DNA from: Octopus sinensis
Taxonomy: Eukaryota
Assembly: GCF_006345805.1 (NCBI RefSeq)
Contig: NC_043004.1
Coordinates: 27,776,001 to 27,840,000, forward strand
DNA: 64,000 nt
Direction of reading: 5' to 3'
Every line of letters starts with the position of its first letter. Position 1 is the first letter of the stretch. Of this stretch, positions 25,916 through 38,660 are shown one piece after another. The position numbers were made by a program, and so were the translations under genes. The notes beneath the pieces are model-generated. The model made no database searches, was not told the DNA's origin, and worked only from the letters and a program-made list of their open reading frames with translations.

Positions 25916-26159
25916 ATACTGTTCTATATGGCGTAGGGGTTAAGAGCACGGGCTATTAACCCCAAGATTCAGAGTTCGATTCCAGGCAGCGACTTAATAA
26001 TAATAATAATAATAATAACATCAAAAAATACCTTAGGAATGATAACCCGGGTTCAAAATTTTCCCAAGACACCTGATGAAGGCTGGAGGGCATATCAGCC
26101 GAAGTGTTGTGTTAGCAACAAACAAGATGAGGACAAATATCTGTCAAATATAAATAATG
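25916..26159 (+). mobile_element. tRNA-headed, hammerhead-containing short retroelement (Penelope 3'/pLTR-related), 11-bp TSD
   Basis: A-box-like tggcgtaggggttaag, B-box gagttcgattcc, (aat)n, then the hammerhead motif. TSD aacatcgggta at 25905-25915 and 26160-26170. Homologous to 54770-55021. Confidence 0.8.
26068..26113 (+). ncRNA. Minimal type I hammerhead ribozyme motif (mutated core)
   Basis: GACAC CTGATGA A GGCTG-gagggcatat-CAGCC GAAG TGTT GTGTT. Stems I and II pair; an inferred ancestral GAAACGTT has become GAAGTGTT. Confidence 0.7.
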
Positions 26160-26663
26160 AACATCGGGTAGTCCTGGACATAGCTGTTTCGCCAATGCCC
26201 TTGAAAAGTTCTCCACTTGTAAGACCTGGGTTCTTTACAGCTTCACACTTAATTCGTCGGTTCTCTTACATATCTTCATAGAAGCTGTAACAAATATTTT
26301 GCGTTTGGTGATATCTTCCAATTATTTGAGATATTTCTAATGTTGATTTACCTTTTGCAAGTTCAGCAGTAATGACAGATTGCTCTGAAGCAATTAAGTC
26401 ATTTACGATCCATAATTACACAATTACCAGACCACTCGTTAATAATTTGGAAAACTGAAATTTCGTGGAAATCATGCAAATGGCCGTGGTGTCTTTACAC
26501 ATGCGCAAAACCTCGCGCTTTTTACACACCTCGCACATATAACTGTTGACATCATACTGTAGCAATTTTGTTGAATTTCAACGAGTAGTTTTTAAATAAA
26601 GTTTTTAAACAATGTTACATTGTTAATAATTTGAAACACCGTGTGTATGTGTGCGTATATATA

Positions 26664-27413
26664 CGTGGTATGATCAATAAGAATCCGGACTGTTGCCATA
26701 GTAACGAAGCTAAAGCACGCAGAGTGAAGCAGTTTGACACTGATTGACCTTGAACTAAGCTGTGCATGTGCACTAAGTTTTAACGTTCTAGCTCACAGTG
26801 TGGCGTGTGATCATCGCATTGACCATGACAGAGAAAACTGAGCAGAGAATCTGCATCAAATTTAGCCAAAAGCTTGGTAAAGTTTCCAAAAAGTCTTCAT
26901 CGTTCTCGACACAATCTAGGAGATCTTGTGCAACTTGAAACCCGAGTGTCTATTTTGTCAGCTGTAAGCAGTTCTGGCACAAACTTAGTAGGCACGCGTC
27001 TCGTAACTTAATCTTCAGTGATAACGGACTGAACTGAACTGAAACTAATCTTCACATCGTTTGATAACTCACGGATAGTGATTCGACGATTTCCCCTCGT
27101 AGCTGCACGCACTAACGACATTTTTGGGCTATCTTGGAAGCGTCAGAACCACTCGTACACTTGTGAGCAGCTCATACACCCCTCTCCGTACACTTTCTGT
27201 ACCTTTGCGAAGCCTCTGAGCAGGTATCGCCATGACAACTTTCTCTGACATGGTCAATACAACGATCACACGCTCCACGCGTTCCTTCCAAGCACTGCTG
27301 TAAACAGCAAAAGAGAGCTAGAACGTTTAATCTTAGTGCGCATGTCTAATGTCAATCTCTGCGTGCTTTGGTATCGTCACTACGGCAACACTCGGGATAC
27401 TTATTGATTAGAC

Positions 27414-27417
<4 letters not shown>
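26664..27417. mobile_element. Rearranged mariner: two left ends in inverted orientation
   Basis: + strand TIR then MTEKTEQRICIKFSQKLGK to ~26880. Minus strand TIR at 27417 then KVYGEGCMSCSQVYEWF..NRRITIRELSNDV..RVPTKFVPELLT. TA on both flanks. Confidence 0.75.
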
Positions 27418-27461
<44 letters not shown>

Positions 27462-28302
27462 GATGGGAACTGGAAGAAGCCTATTACAAACACAAGTAAT
27501 GCTACAAATCTTAGTAAATGCATTTGAGATTTAAAGGTTAAGAACATTAAGTATAATTTAAAGTGGTACATTATTAGTTATGCACCACCGTACAATATTG
27601 GTAATTCTACATGTGATCTTTGCTTTGAAGAAATGCATTATGTAATTCTAAATAAATTTTATTGAATTTTCATGGCCACTTTACATTAAGATGTTGCCAT
27701 AAATTTAGAAAGACACTCAAATATTTCCATTAATACTTATAATAATTTTAAAATTATTATATAATAAGATTAATTCTTATAAAAGGTTTAATATGATGAC
27801 TTAATAGATAACTAATTATTGTGACGTAAAATATCTAAGTTTCTATTAAGCAAAACGTAGAATTCTTATCTTTTATTTCTATTCTTTAGTTATCCAGTAA
27901 CGTCATCAATGATTGTATGCAAAAATACTCTTTTTTTAGATTATTATTTTTTAGGTTATTTTTCTTATGTAGATTTCTAATTGTAGATTTCTAATGTAGA
28001 ATTCTTGTTTGTTTTATTTTTTATTTTGATTTCATCATTCACAGCGTCAGGAATAGTTGACTTTTCCTAAATACGTTTTTGTTTTTTTTTTGTAAAAGAA
28101 TTTCGTTATCCAATGACATCGCTACTAGTTGAATGAAGGAATGTCTTAGGCTGAATTCAATTTAGGTATTTCATTTTGTTAGCATTTATCAACTGCTAAT
28201 TTTTTTTACTATTCTTGGATAACTTTGATAATGTTGTATTAACATATTTTTCGAAGATATTATTACTAATTTTAATATTTTCTCTCTCTCTCTCTCTCTC
28301 TC

Positions 28303-28342
<40 letters not shown>

Positions 28343-28737
28343 GCTGTTAAGGACGTTGCAGAGTATAGTATAAAGCTGATCCACCGTCAATTATATATAA
28401 AAAAGGTAAATTTTGATACTTTCACCAGCACGATTTTCACTAAAGAAAAATTCGGATTTTTGGCGTGGAATCAAGTAGCATGACTTCCTTATGAGCCGCA
28501 AACCCCTTGTTTGGAAAAAGGAGGTGGGAAACCGGATTCCCCACCTATCCCGGAATCATTGGAATTTTTTTTTCGTTGAATCAATTATGGTGACCTCCTA
28601 ATATGCCACAAAACCCTTTTTTGGGTCCGGAAAACGGGGTGGAGTGGAACCCTCGGAAGTTTCACCCCCACTCACAACTTTTACACAAATACATTTTCCA
28701 GAGTGTGGATTGCATGGTTCGTGATTAAATATATGTT

Positions 28738-28828
28738 AACGGGAGTGGCTGTGTGGTAAGTAGCTTGCTTACCAACCACATGGTTCCAGGTTCTGGATTT
28801 GGTAGATGGAAACTGAAAGAAGCCCAGC

Positions 28829-28865
<37 letters not shown>

Positions 28866-29090
28866 CACGTGTGTATGTATGTGTGTGTGTCTGTGTTTGT
28901 CCAATCCCCACCATCGCTTGACAACCGATGTTGGCGTGTTTATGTCCCCATAATTTAGTCGTTCAGCAAAAGGGGCCGATAAGATAAGTACTAGTCTTAC
29001 AAAGAATAAGTCCTGTGGTCGATTTGTTTGACTAAAGGCGGTGATCCAGCACGGCCGTAGTCAAATGAGTGAAACAAATAAAAGAATAAA
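28738..29090 (+). mobile_element. SINE family A with internal deletion
   Basis: Head jumps from ggttccaggttc to tggatttggtagatgg; tail intact. Confidence 0.8.
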
Positions 29091-29736
29091 AGTATATTGT
29101 GTGTATCTTAAGCTGAATTTTTTTTATCTAAAGGTGTAATGTATGCATCTATATAAGAGTGTGTATGTATATGTAGACGACCAGCGTTTTAGAAAAAAAA
29201 ATTTTCGCACCTAAACTCATTTTTGTGAGAGTGTGGTGGGAGAGAGAATAAAAGTTTTCTCTCTACAAACAAGCGATTTAAAATAAATATATCTTAATTG
29301 TTGTGTGAGAGAAAATATATATTCTGATGGTAAAATATAGTACCTTTTAAAAACATCCTTAATTTACGGATTAAATTTTGTGCGTTTAAGAAAAAAAAAC
29401 TTTTTGTATTTTACAGCACTATGTATGTGGGGGTGGGGGAGAGAGAAGGGAGAGAGATCCAGGAATTTGACTATTATTTTTAGCATATCGACATCTACAG
29501 TTTCAGGGAGCTTGGAGTTTTTCATAGAATATTTGAAATTGGGGTTAATCCAATGATTAAAAGTAAGTGAATAAGTATTTCGTCTACATATACATGCATA
29601 CATACACAGTCATATATATATATATATATAACATATATATATATATATATAATATATTATATATATATATATAATATATATATATATATTATATATATAT
29701 ATATGTGTGTGTGTGTGTATGTATGTGTGTGTATGT

Positions 29737-29888
29737 GAAGGCGCGTGGCTTAGTGGTTAGGGCATTGGGCTCACGATCGTATGGTCGAGAGTTCAATTCC
29801 CGGCAACGCGTTGTGTCCTTGAGCAAGATACTTTATTCACGTTGCTCCAGTCTACTCAGCTGGGGCCCTCGTCGTAACCGACGGAGTG
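29737..29888 (+). mobile_element. tRNA-derived SINE family C, internally deleted
   Basis: ggcgcgtggcttagtggttagg..gagttcaattcc..gtgtccttgagcaag joined to the 3' end gtcgtaaccgacggagtg. Confidence 0.75.
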
Positions 29889-29958
29889 TACCTATATATA
29901 CATACATACATACAAACATACATACATACATACATACATACATACATACATACATACA

Positions 29959-30020
<62 letters not shown>

Positions 30021-30028
30021 TACGTATA

Positions 30029-30192
30029 CAATGTACCCCCCCCCCGCTTATTCGCAGTTCGGCATTCGCGGTCTCAGTTATTCGCGGAACAAATATTTGT
30101 TCACGGAAGCCACCGCATATTTGCGGAATTGTAAATATTGTCCGCAATTTTTTATGAGTTCTTTCGTGGCAATATCTCCCTTCTTCTCTCTC

Positions 30193-30247
<55 letters not shown>

Positions 30248-31625
30248 AGATTACTGTATCTAATGGTAATACAAACCAAATTTTTCAAAATCAAGATTAT
30301 TTTTTAATGTCTGCTCAATCTCCCATTGGTGGTATGCGCATATTAGACGCAAGGAAGTTTTTTGTACGTTTTTTTGGCGGGGAAAACTGCATCCAGTAGC
30401 TATGTCTAGTGTTTTGTTGAGTGTTTTTTGCAACATGTTATTAAGCTCTAAGATGCCACCCAAACGTCCTACACCTTCTAAGGCTTCAGTCAGTGAACCT
30501 AAGCATCAGAAAAAGGTTATGACGTTCCATGAGAAGGTACAACTGCTGGATATGATCCAGGAAGGTAAAAGTTATACTGCAGTAAGTCGCTGTTATGATG
30601 TCAACGAAAGCACTAAACGCTGCATTAAGAAAAACGAGGTAGCAATCAGGTCTACCGCAGCAGTAAGTTTCTGTGAAAATGCCAAAAAGATAACGACAGT
30701 GAGAAATAAGCACTTCGTCAGGGTGGAATCTACCTTGGAATTGTGGATCAGTAACTGTAAGAAGAAAAAATTCCTTTGAGTGGTAACATTATCCGCGAGA
30801 AAGCGCGGAAATTATAGAAGCAGTTCGACAGTGGAGATGGAGCAGAAGGCATCGGAGAACCGCAACCAAGACTATTGACAGCACCGGAGCCCAAAGATTT
30901 TCAAGCCACTAAGGGATGGTTTGACCGTTTCCAGAAACGTTTTAAAATAAAATATTTCCTTGCATGGACTGACAGCATTAGCCGATAAAAAAGCCACCGA
31001 GAAGTACCTTGAAACCTTCAGGCAGATCATCAAGGACAAGTGATACAAGCCGGAACAGGTTTTCAATATGGACGCGATTGACTTGTTCTGGGAGAACGTA
31101 CAACTTGAAGGACGAAGCCGGAGCCCCAGGATTTAAGGCACAGAAGGATAGAGTGATGCTAATTATTGTGTGGCAATGCTGATGGCTTCATGATGAAACC
31201 AGGAATTATCTTCAAAAATAAGAACAAAAGCCTGCTGTCTGTCCACTAGATGCACAACTCCAAGACCTGTACTACCGAAAGTTTAACTTTGAATTGGTTC
31301 CACCAATGCTTCATCCCTCGAGCCTAGAAATACTTCTTAAACGTATGCATGGAATTCAAAGTGTTGCTTGTTATGGATAATGCTGGTGGTCACGCATTGA
31401 ATCTGAATCACAAGGGAGTCCAAGTCGAGTTTCTCCCTGCCAACACCATCTCCCTCATCTAGCCTATGGATCAAGGCGTGATCTGTGCCTTCAAGGCATT
31501 TTACACTTGGAACTCTCTCCAAAACCTTGTGGATGCAATGGATTCGGACGAGTATTTCAAATTACAGGAGTACTGGCACGATTTCACGCTCGCAACGTGC
31601 CTGTCAGTCGTCCACGCTCATCAGG
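30029..31625 (+). mobile_element. pogo/Tigger transposon, 3'-truncated pseudo-transposase
   Basis: TA|caatgtacccc..ttattcgc left TIR; ATG at 30453 MPPKRP..KKVMTFHEKVQLLD (HTH); KGWFDRFQKR; QVFNMD; VLLVMDNAGGH; EFLPANT..PMDQGVI (DDE_1). Confidence 0.9.
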
Positions 31626-31639
31626 CCTCGTGCTAACAG

Positions 31640-32250
31640 TACAAAGGATTATTAATCTGGTATCTAGATCACGAATGAAGGTAAATGTTTTCATGAATTT
31701 TAGGGCTTTGAAGATAAGGGATTTAGAGACAGATGAACAGAAGTCCACCATGTCGAATTGGTGTGAATTTCTCAACTTGTTTGTTTACGAAACTGAGAAA
31801 TCACTCAAAGACGGCTACACAACAGTTGCATTGTATTAGTCTCGGGGTAGTTCTGATTCCAATGAACTTCCTGGCTTGTCTTAATTCAATTTTAAGGGTT
31901 GATTAACCTGTATTTAAGGTTAAAGAGGGAAAAAAATGTTTATGCTCTTTAAGGGTAATGTCTGCTTTTATTTGTTCTGCTAATGTTATTTGTCGCGAGT
32001 CTAATGTATTTTTCATTTTGTCTGCAAGAATATGGTCGTTAGAGGATTGTTTGGAGGGTTTCGTGTAATTATTTTGGAGGTTGGGTGGAGGTTAGAAGAA
32101 TCTTATTATCAAATGGAGAATATCAGAGTCAACATTTTCAAGTACCTTAATATTTGGTGGATGGACGAGGGATGGGGGGGGGTTAAATTTATCGTTTTGA
32201 ATCCATAGTTATCTGCAGGCGTTCTTCTAATCTCTTTTTAGTAACAGTAG
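31640..32250 (-). mobile_element. Penelope-like RT N-terminal fragment
   Basis: ADITLKEHK, YRLINP, QFDMVDFCSSVSKSLIFKALKF match PLE RT motifs (FITLKDHK, CRLINP, QFDIVDFYPSI..L..AL.F). Confidence 0.65.
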
Positions 32251-32627
32251 GCATTCCACACAAGCACTTCATTAAATTTTCAGTTTTGTCAATAAGGAAT
32301 ATGGTATAGGGTTTCATTAACGTTTCTTGAAATAAATTTGAAATCAGAAAATATTTCATTTATCTGGTATCTAACCATTGGCAGTCAATTAAGGTAGGAT
32401 ATTTATTCTTTACTATTTTGTTCAGAGAAAGTTAAACAAGCAACCGGCCTACAGCTGATTTCAACCCACAATTATAGATCCACTCTACCAAATACACCAA
32501 ACTACTATCTGGATAATAGTATCTAGAAATGATGAAATTTTCTTTAATTTAAATTGAACATTTTACCCTGAAATAACTCTTGAAAGTTACTAAAATACCT
32601 TTTGTGTATGTTTTGGTGTGTGTTTGT

Positions 32628-33008
32628 GGAGGCGCAATGGCCCAGTGGTTAGGGCAGCGGACTCGCGGTCGTAGGATCGCGGTTTCGATTCCCAGACCGG
32701 GCATTGTGAGTGTTTATTGAGCGAAAACACCTAAAGCTTCACGAGGCTCCTGCAGGGGGTGGTGGTGAACCCTGCTGTACTCTTTCACCACAACTTTCTC
32801 TCACTCTTTCTTCCTGTTTCTGTTGTACCTGTATTTCAAAGGGCCAGCCTTGTCACACTCTGTGTCACGCTGAATCTCCTCGAGAACTACGTTAAGGGTA
32901 CACGTGTCTGTGTATTGCTCAGCCACTTGCACGTTAATTCCACGAGCAAGCTGTTCCGTTGATCGTATCAGCTGGGACCCTCATCGTCGTAACCGACGGA
33001 GTGCTCCT
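32628..33008 (+). mobile_element. tRNA(Arg-like)-derived SINE family C, full length
   Basis: A/B boxes tggcccagtggttagg and ggtttcgattccc; body tttcaaagggccagccttgtcac; tail cgtaaccgacggagtgctcc. Confidence 0.85.
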
Positions 33009-33535
33009 ACTAGGTATGTGTTTGTAAATGGGTGACTTTTCTCTGTGCTCTATGTTTTCTAACTCTACGTGTCCGTATGCTAGGTGTGTACGTGGTTTGT
33101 AGAGGTGTGGGTATAGAGCATAACTTTTCCACTTTTTTGTTTGTACACATTCATGTACACGTATGTGTATGTGTTTGTGTGTGTGTGTGTGCGTGCGTGT
33201 CTGTGTTCGTGTGTGTATTGATGCACGTGTATATTATGTTTGTGTCTGTCTTCTGTGCGTATGTATATGTTACTCTACACATTGCCTCTTCAAGCTTCAT
33301 CACTTCACTTCAGCCCCACTGTTCTACCAACATCAATAATTGATGGCTGATAAACTGCAGTTCTATTTCGTTCACAACTTGATCAATAATGCTGCATTGC
33401 TTTTGCTTTCCTAAGCACTATTATCGTCCGGCGGAACATTGTTTCTCGAGTGAACAACAACCAAAACAATATTTCACAAGAAATAAGTTTTTGAGTCAAC
33501 AACTTACTTTGTCTCTGACACATAAGAAACGCAAC

Positions 33536-33601
<66 letters not shown>

Positions 33602-33858
33602 AAGCACAGGAATGGATGCGTCGTTAAGATGTTTGTTTCGTGACTATGCCAATTCTAGTTCAATTCCACTAAACAGGCGTTATGGGAAATTGTCTTCTAT
33701 GAAAATTTAATGCATGAAATAACAGACTAAAATTCGTGTGAAGCCAATCGGACACGGACACACGGACACAGATCCCCACCACCACCACCACCACCACGTA
33801 CATATATATATATATATATATATATAAATACATACCACATATATATATACATACACAC

Positions 33859-33910
<52 letters not shown>

Positions 33911-34101
33911 ATATATATATTATGTATGTATATATGTATGTATATATATATACATACATATATGTATATATGTATATATATATACACACACACACACACC
34001 ACATATATATATATATATATATACATATATATAGATATATATTAGAAGAAATACCTGTACATCATCTCCAAACCTTCCAATATATTTATATATATACATA
34101 T

Positions 34102-34162
<61 letters not shown>

Positions 34163-34257
34163 CATATATATATATATATACATATACATATTATATATAG
34201 ATATATATATATATATATATATACACAACCATATACATATACATACAAATATATGTG

Positions 34258-34295
<38 letters not shown>

Positions 34296-34764
34296 AAGTG
34301 AACATGTATGAAACGATTCACTTCATGTCTGCAAATTAGCCGGAAAAGAGCAGAAAAAGACTTAGCAAACGCCGGTTATAGTGTATCTTCTGAATCGGTT
34401 GCAACTACTTTTAAAGGAGACTGTATAATACAATTAAACGGCTGACTTCAATGAAACAGACAGCCAAAAGCCAGTGATTGCTAATTCAAAGAATAGACAC
34501 TGTTTGTTTATAGGCCTTGTTTCATTAGTGTAATTATAGATATCATCATTAGTTGGTCACTACTGACTGCTCAACTTGAAGTATTGTACTTGGTTGGACA
34601 ATTGACCAGAAAATTAGTTCTTTGTTTTCTTCAAATAGGTAATTTGTAAGTTGGAGGTTGATGAAATGAGTGGAGTGTTCAACATTTTCTTTTCTCTTGT
34701 ACGGGGGTACTTTGGGCGGTGAGGTGGAAGGAAAATATGTTTATTTTTGCAATAGAAACGTATA

Positions 34765-34795
<31 letters not shown>

Positions 34796-34923
34796 CATAT
34801 ATGTATGTATATATATGTATATGTATATATATGTATATATGTATATATATGTATATATATATATGTATGTATATATGTATATATATATATATATATCACA
34901 CACACACACACATATATATATAT

Positions 34924-34989
<66 letters not shown>

Positions 34990-35319
34990 ACAAAACTGGG
35001 AAGAAGGGAAAGGGGGACGAAACGACGAATCGAATCGACCCTGACGCGAACGCGCTGTCAGACAATAATTGTAATAAATAAATACATGCATACATAGATG
35101 TACATATACAATACTCTACATGTATATATACATGCATATATAATATATATACGTGAGTAAGTTGCGGGGTCCTGTACTCACGTATATAATTTATATATGC
35201 ATGTAGATGTAGGTACGTACATATGTTTGTATGCATGCATATATTTTATTTATTACAATATTATATATATATATACATAATACATACAACATATATATAC
35301 ATATATATATATAATATAT

Positions 35320-35370
<51 letters not shown>

Positions 35371-35639
35371 ATATATATCTATATCTATCTATATATATAT
35401 ATACAAGCTTACAAGCTTACATATATATATCTGTATCTATCTATCCACCTATTTTATGTATATATGAATATGTGTATCAAAATTTATATGTATGTGTGTG
35501 TATATATATATATATATATACATACAAACATACACATATATATATACATAGATATATACATACATGAGTGTATGTATGTATGATTGCATGCGCATATGTA
35601 TGTATATATGTAAGTATGTATTTATCTTTTATCTGTTAC

Positions 35640-35990
35640 TTGTTTAAGTCACTAGACATCCAGGGGCTCCACCTTGTATCTATTATTTTTTTTATCTAAA
35701 AGCCTGGTACTTATTCTTTCCTCACTTATGTCGAACTGCTAACTTATGCGGACGTAAACACACCAACACTGGTCGTTGAGCAATGATGGTGACAAGCACA
35801 AGCACAAAGACTCACACATACATAGATATAAATATATAAAACGAGATTCTGACAGTTTCCGCCGAACAAATTCACTCACATGGCTTTGGACGGCTCGAGG
35901 CTATAGTAGTCCAATAGCCCAATGCATCACGCAGTGGAACTGATCCCGGTACCACGTGGCTAGGACCACATGGCAAGGCCGAAAACCAAA
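35640..35990 (-). mobile_element. SINE family A, diverged
   Basis: Minus-strand head (ccgtggtacc, gatcagttcc) and tail (gcttaaaca). Confidence 0.6.
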
Positions 35991-36408
35991 CGAATCGGTT
36001 ATCTGGTATTGCTATAAATTGGTTAATATCGAAACTATTCGTGTGTGTATGTGTGTGTGTGTGTGTAAATTTTGTTGTATACATATTCATATATCGGTAC
36101 CACAGCATGGCCACAGGATTAAGGTTGAAACGTTTAAAAGAATTTTAAAAATATATACATATAGATAAATAGACAGACAGACAGACAGATAGATAGATAG
36201 AAACATATAAATGTAAACGTGCGTGAATATGTACATTCAGACACACACACACTCACATGTACTCACACTCACACACGTACACACACGCATATACACACGT
36301 GTGCGCGCACACGCACACACAGACACACACACATACAGACACACGCCACATTTTTACATTATCTGTATACAATATATGTATATATATATATGCCTGTACA
36401 TATACATA

Positions 36409-36479
<71 letters not shown>

Positions 36480-36487
36480 CATATATG

Positions 36488-36520
<33 letters not shown>

Positions 36521-37232
36521 TTGTGTTTATATGTACATATACATGCATATATACGAACATATGACTGCTTACATGTGTTTGTAAATGTGTGTAGCTGTGT
36601 GTGTGTGTGGTGTGTGTGTGTGTGTGTGTGTGACAGTACAACAACTGTTTAGCTGAGAGATTCCACATTCAGTATCAGCCAACAATGGCCGTTATCAGAA
36701 AGTCACAGATAGTCTCCTTCAGTCATCATACATGGAAAAACGTATTGATAACTCCACAAAAACTGCCGTTGCATCTGTTACAAACCATCTTTCTTGCATC
36801 ACAAATCACCTCTCAGGTCATCTGGCTACCATTTTCTTTTGCCATTTTGACCTTTACTTCATATCCACGGAGGCTAACTAGTAACTGCTCTAATATCAGC
36901 ATAAAACCATTAAATGTTTACTTTCAACGGATTCAATACACTTCACAGCACAAGTGTATATTGAATACTTTATGTTCACAAAAGTACCCTATTAATAACA
37001 ACATGTAGCTACATAAGCACTTATACACATGTATGTATGCACGTATACGCGTATGTTTATAAATATATTTATGTACACTTGGTTAATAGTAATAAATATA
37101 TATTTAGCCTTGCTGTGCGAGAGCATCATGCCTTTAAACAATGGAGTTCTTTCTGCAAAATGAATTGAAGATCAGCTTTACTAGTTTCAGCTGGTCATTG
37201 CCCGCTCACCAGCAATTTTACAAAGTCCATCC

Positions 37233-37268
<36 letters not shown>

Positions 37269-37377
37269 AGGGGGGAAGAGGAAGAAAAACGATAGGCTAT
37301 GATTACATGAAAAATACAATGAACACTGGACAACACTATTCCTTATTGTACATCAGTATATTCATAGTAGATTTCAC

Positions 37378-37575
37378 ATTTTGGCACAAGGTCAGCAATT
37401 TTGGTGGAGGGGTAAGTCAGTTACATCGACCCCTGTACTCAACTGGTATATTTTATTGACTCTGAAAAGATGAAAGCAAAGTCGACCTGGGTGAATTTGA
37501 ACTCAGTGAGTAAAGACGAAATTCCACTCAGCATTTTGTCCGGCGTGCTAACGACTCTACCAGCTCGCCGCCTTG
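37378..37575 (-). mobile_element. SINE family B (ccttgtgccaaaa-tail subtype)
   Basis: Head aaggcggcgagctggtag and core on the minus strand. Confidence 0.75.
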
Positions 37576-37814
37576 TATTCATATGTTTTGATCTGATACA
37601 CGGGAACATTTAGTGTCACCAGAATTGAAATACTCCGATGTTTTGAAGCTATTGTTTCTACAGATAAGCCTCTCAGTACGAATTCAAGAATACTGTAATA
37701 TCATTGTCGGTATTATATTCTTCATAGGAAGAGAGATGTTACAGAATTCTGTGGTTCTGTCGTGGCAAGATCTATCGAGCCTGGGGTTGTTTAGCTGGGA
37801 TGTTTATAGCTAAC

Positions 37815-37975
37815 ACTGAGTTCAAATTCCGCCGAGGTTGACTTTGCCTTTCATCCTTTCGGGGTCGATAAATAAAGTACCAGTTTCGCACTGGGGTCGA
37901 TGTAATCGACTTAATCCCTTTGTCTGTCCTTGTTTGTCCCCTCTGTATTTAGCCCCTTGTGGGTAATAAAGAAAC
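37815..37975 (+). mobile_element. SINE family B, 5'-truncated
   Basis: ctgagttcaaattccgccgagg..ccccttgtgggtaataaagaaa. Confidence 0.85.
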
Positions 37976-38261
37976 ATATAGCTAACGTCCTTCAAAAAAA
38001 TATGTATGTCGCAGTTCCTCACACCCATAAATGTAGGATCTCGGTGTCAGATGAAATGAAATCTGTACTGCGTTTTACATCACATATGGTTAAATTAGCA
38101 GGCATCCTTGGTGAACACACAGCGTCTTGTCGAGCAGAATCAGAGAACTGAACATAATGTTTTGTGTTCTATACTTACATCATTTTACGTTCTGATTTCA
38201 AATTCAGCTGGAATTTACTTTGCCTTTTATATCTATGGAATAGATCAATATAGGCGCAGGA

Positions 38262-38660
38262 GTGGCTGTGTGGTAAGTAGCTTGCTAACCAACCACGTGG
38301 TTCCGGGTTCAGTCCCACCGCGTGGCATCTTGGGCAAGTGTCTTCTACTATAGCCCCTGGCCGACCAATGCCTTGTGAGTGGATTTGGTAGACAGAAACT
38401 GAAAGAAGCCTGTCGTATATATGTATATATATATGTATGTGTGTGTATGTGTTTGTGTGTCTGTGTTCGTCTCCCTAGCATTGCTTGACAACCGATGCTC
38501 GTGTGTTCACGTCCCCGTCACTTAGCGGTTCGGCAAAAGAGACCGATAGAATAAGTACTGGGCTTACAAAGAATAAGTTCCGGGGTCGATTTACTCGACT
38601 AAAGGCGGTGCTCCAGCTTGGCCGCAGTCAAATGACTGAAACAACTAAAAGAGTAAAGAG
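38262..38660 (+). mobile_element. SINE family A, young complete copy
   Basis: Near-identical by eye to 48562-48962; internal (TA)(TG) tract. Confidence 0.9.

Larger units (their letters stand above)
24688..26643 (-). mobile_element. Tc1-like DD37E (TRT-type) transposon, full length, decayed, two retro-insertions
   Basis: ~200-bp imperfect IRs (24688-24884 and ~26437-26643), TA at the left flank. Minus-strand transposase FTDETRATLDGPDGW..GIMIWAGI..MQDNAPSH..WPVCFPDLNPIENMW; 37 residues counted between the D and the E. Confidence 0.88.

Noticed and set aside
28330-28680. Homopolymer-rich GC patch
   Set aside because: No ORF, termini or second copy in the window; may be a repeat remnant or low-quality consensus.
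32628-32710. tRNA-like sequences here and at 25925, 29737, 54947
   Set aside because: Acceptor stems do not close and each continues into a repeat body; these are SINE-type heads, not tRNA genes.
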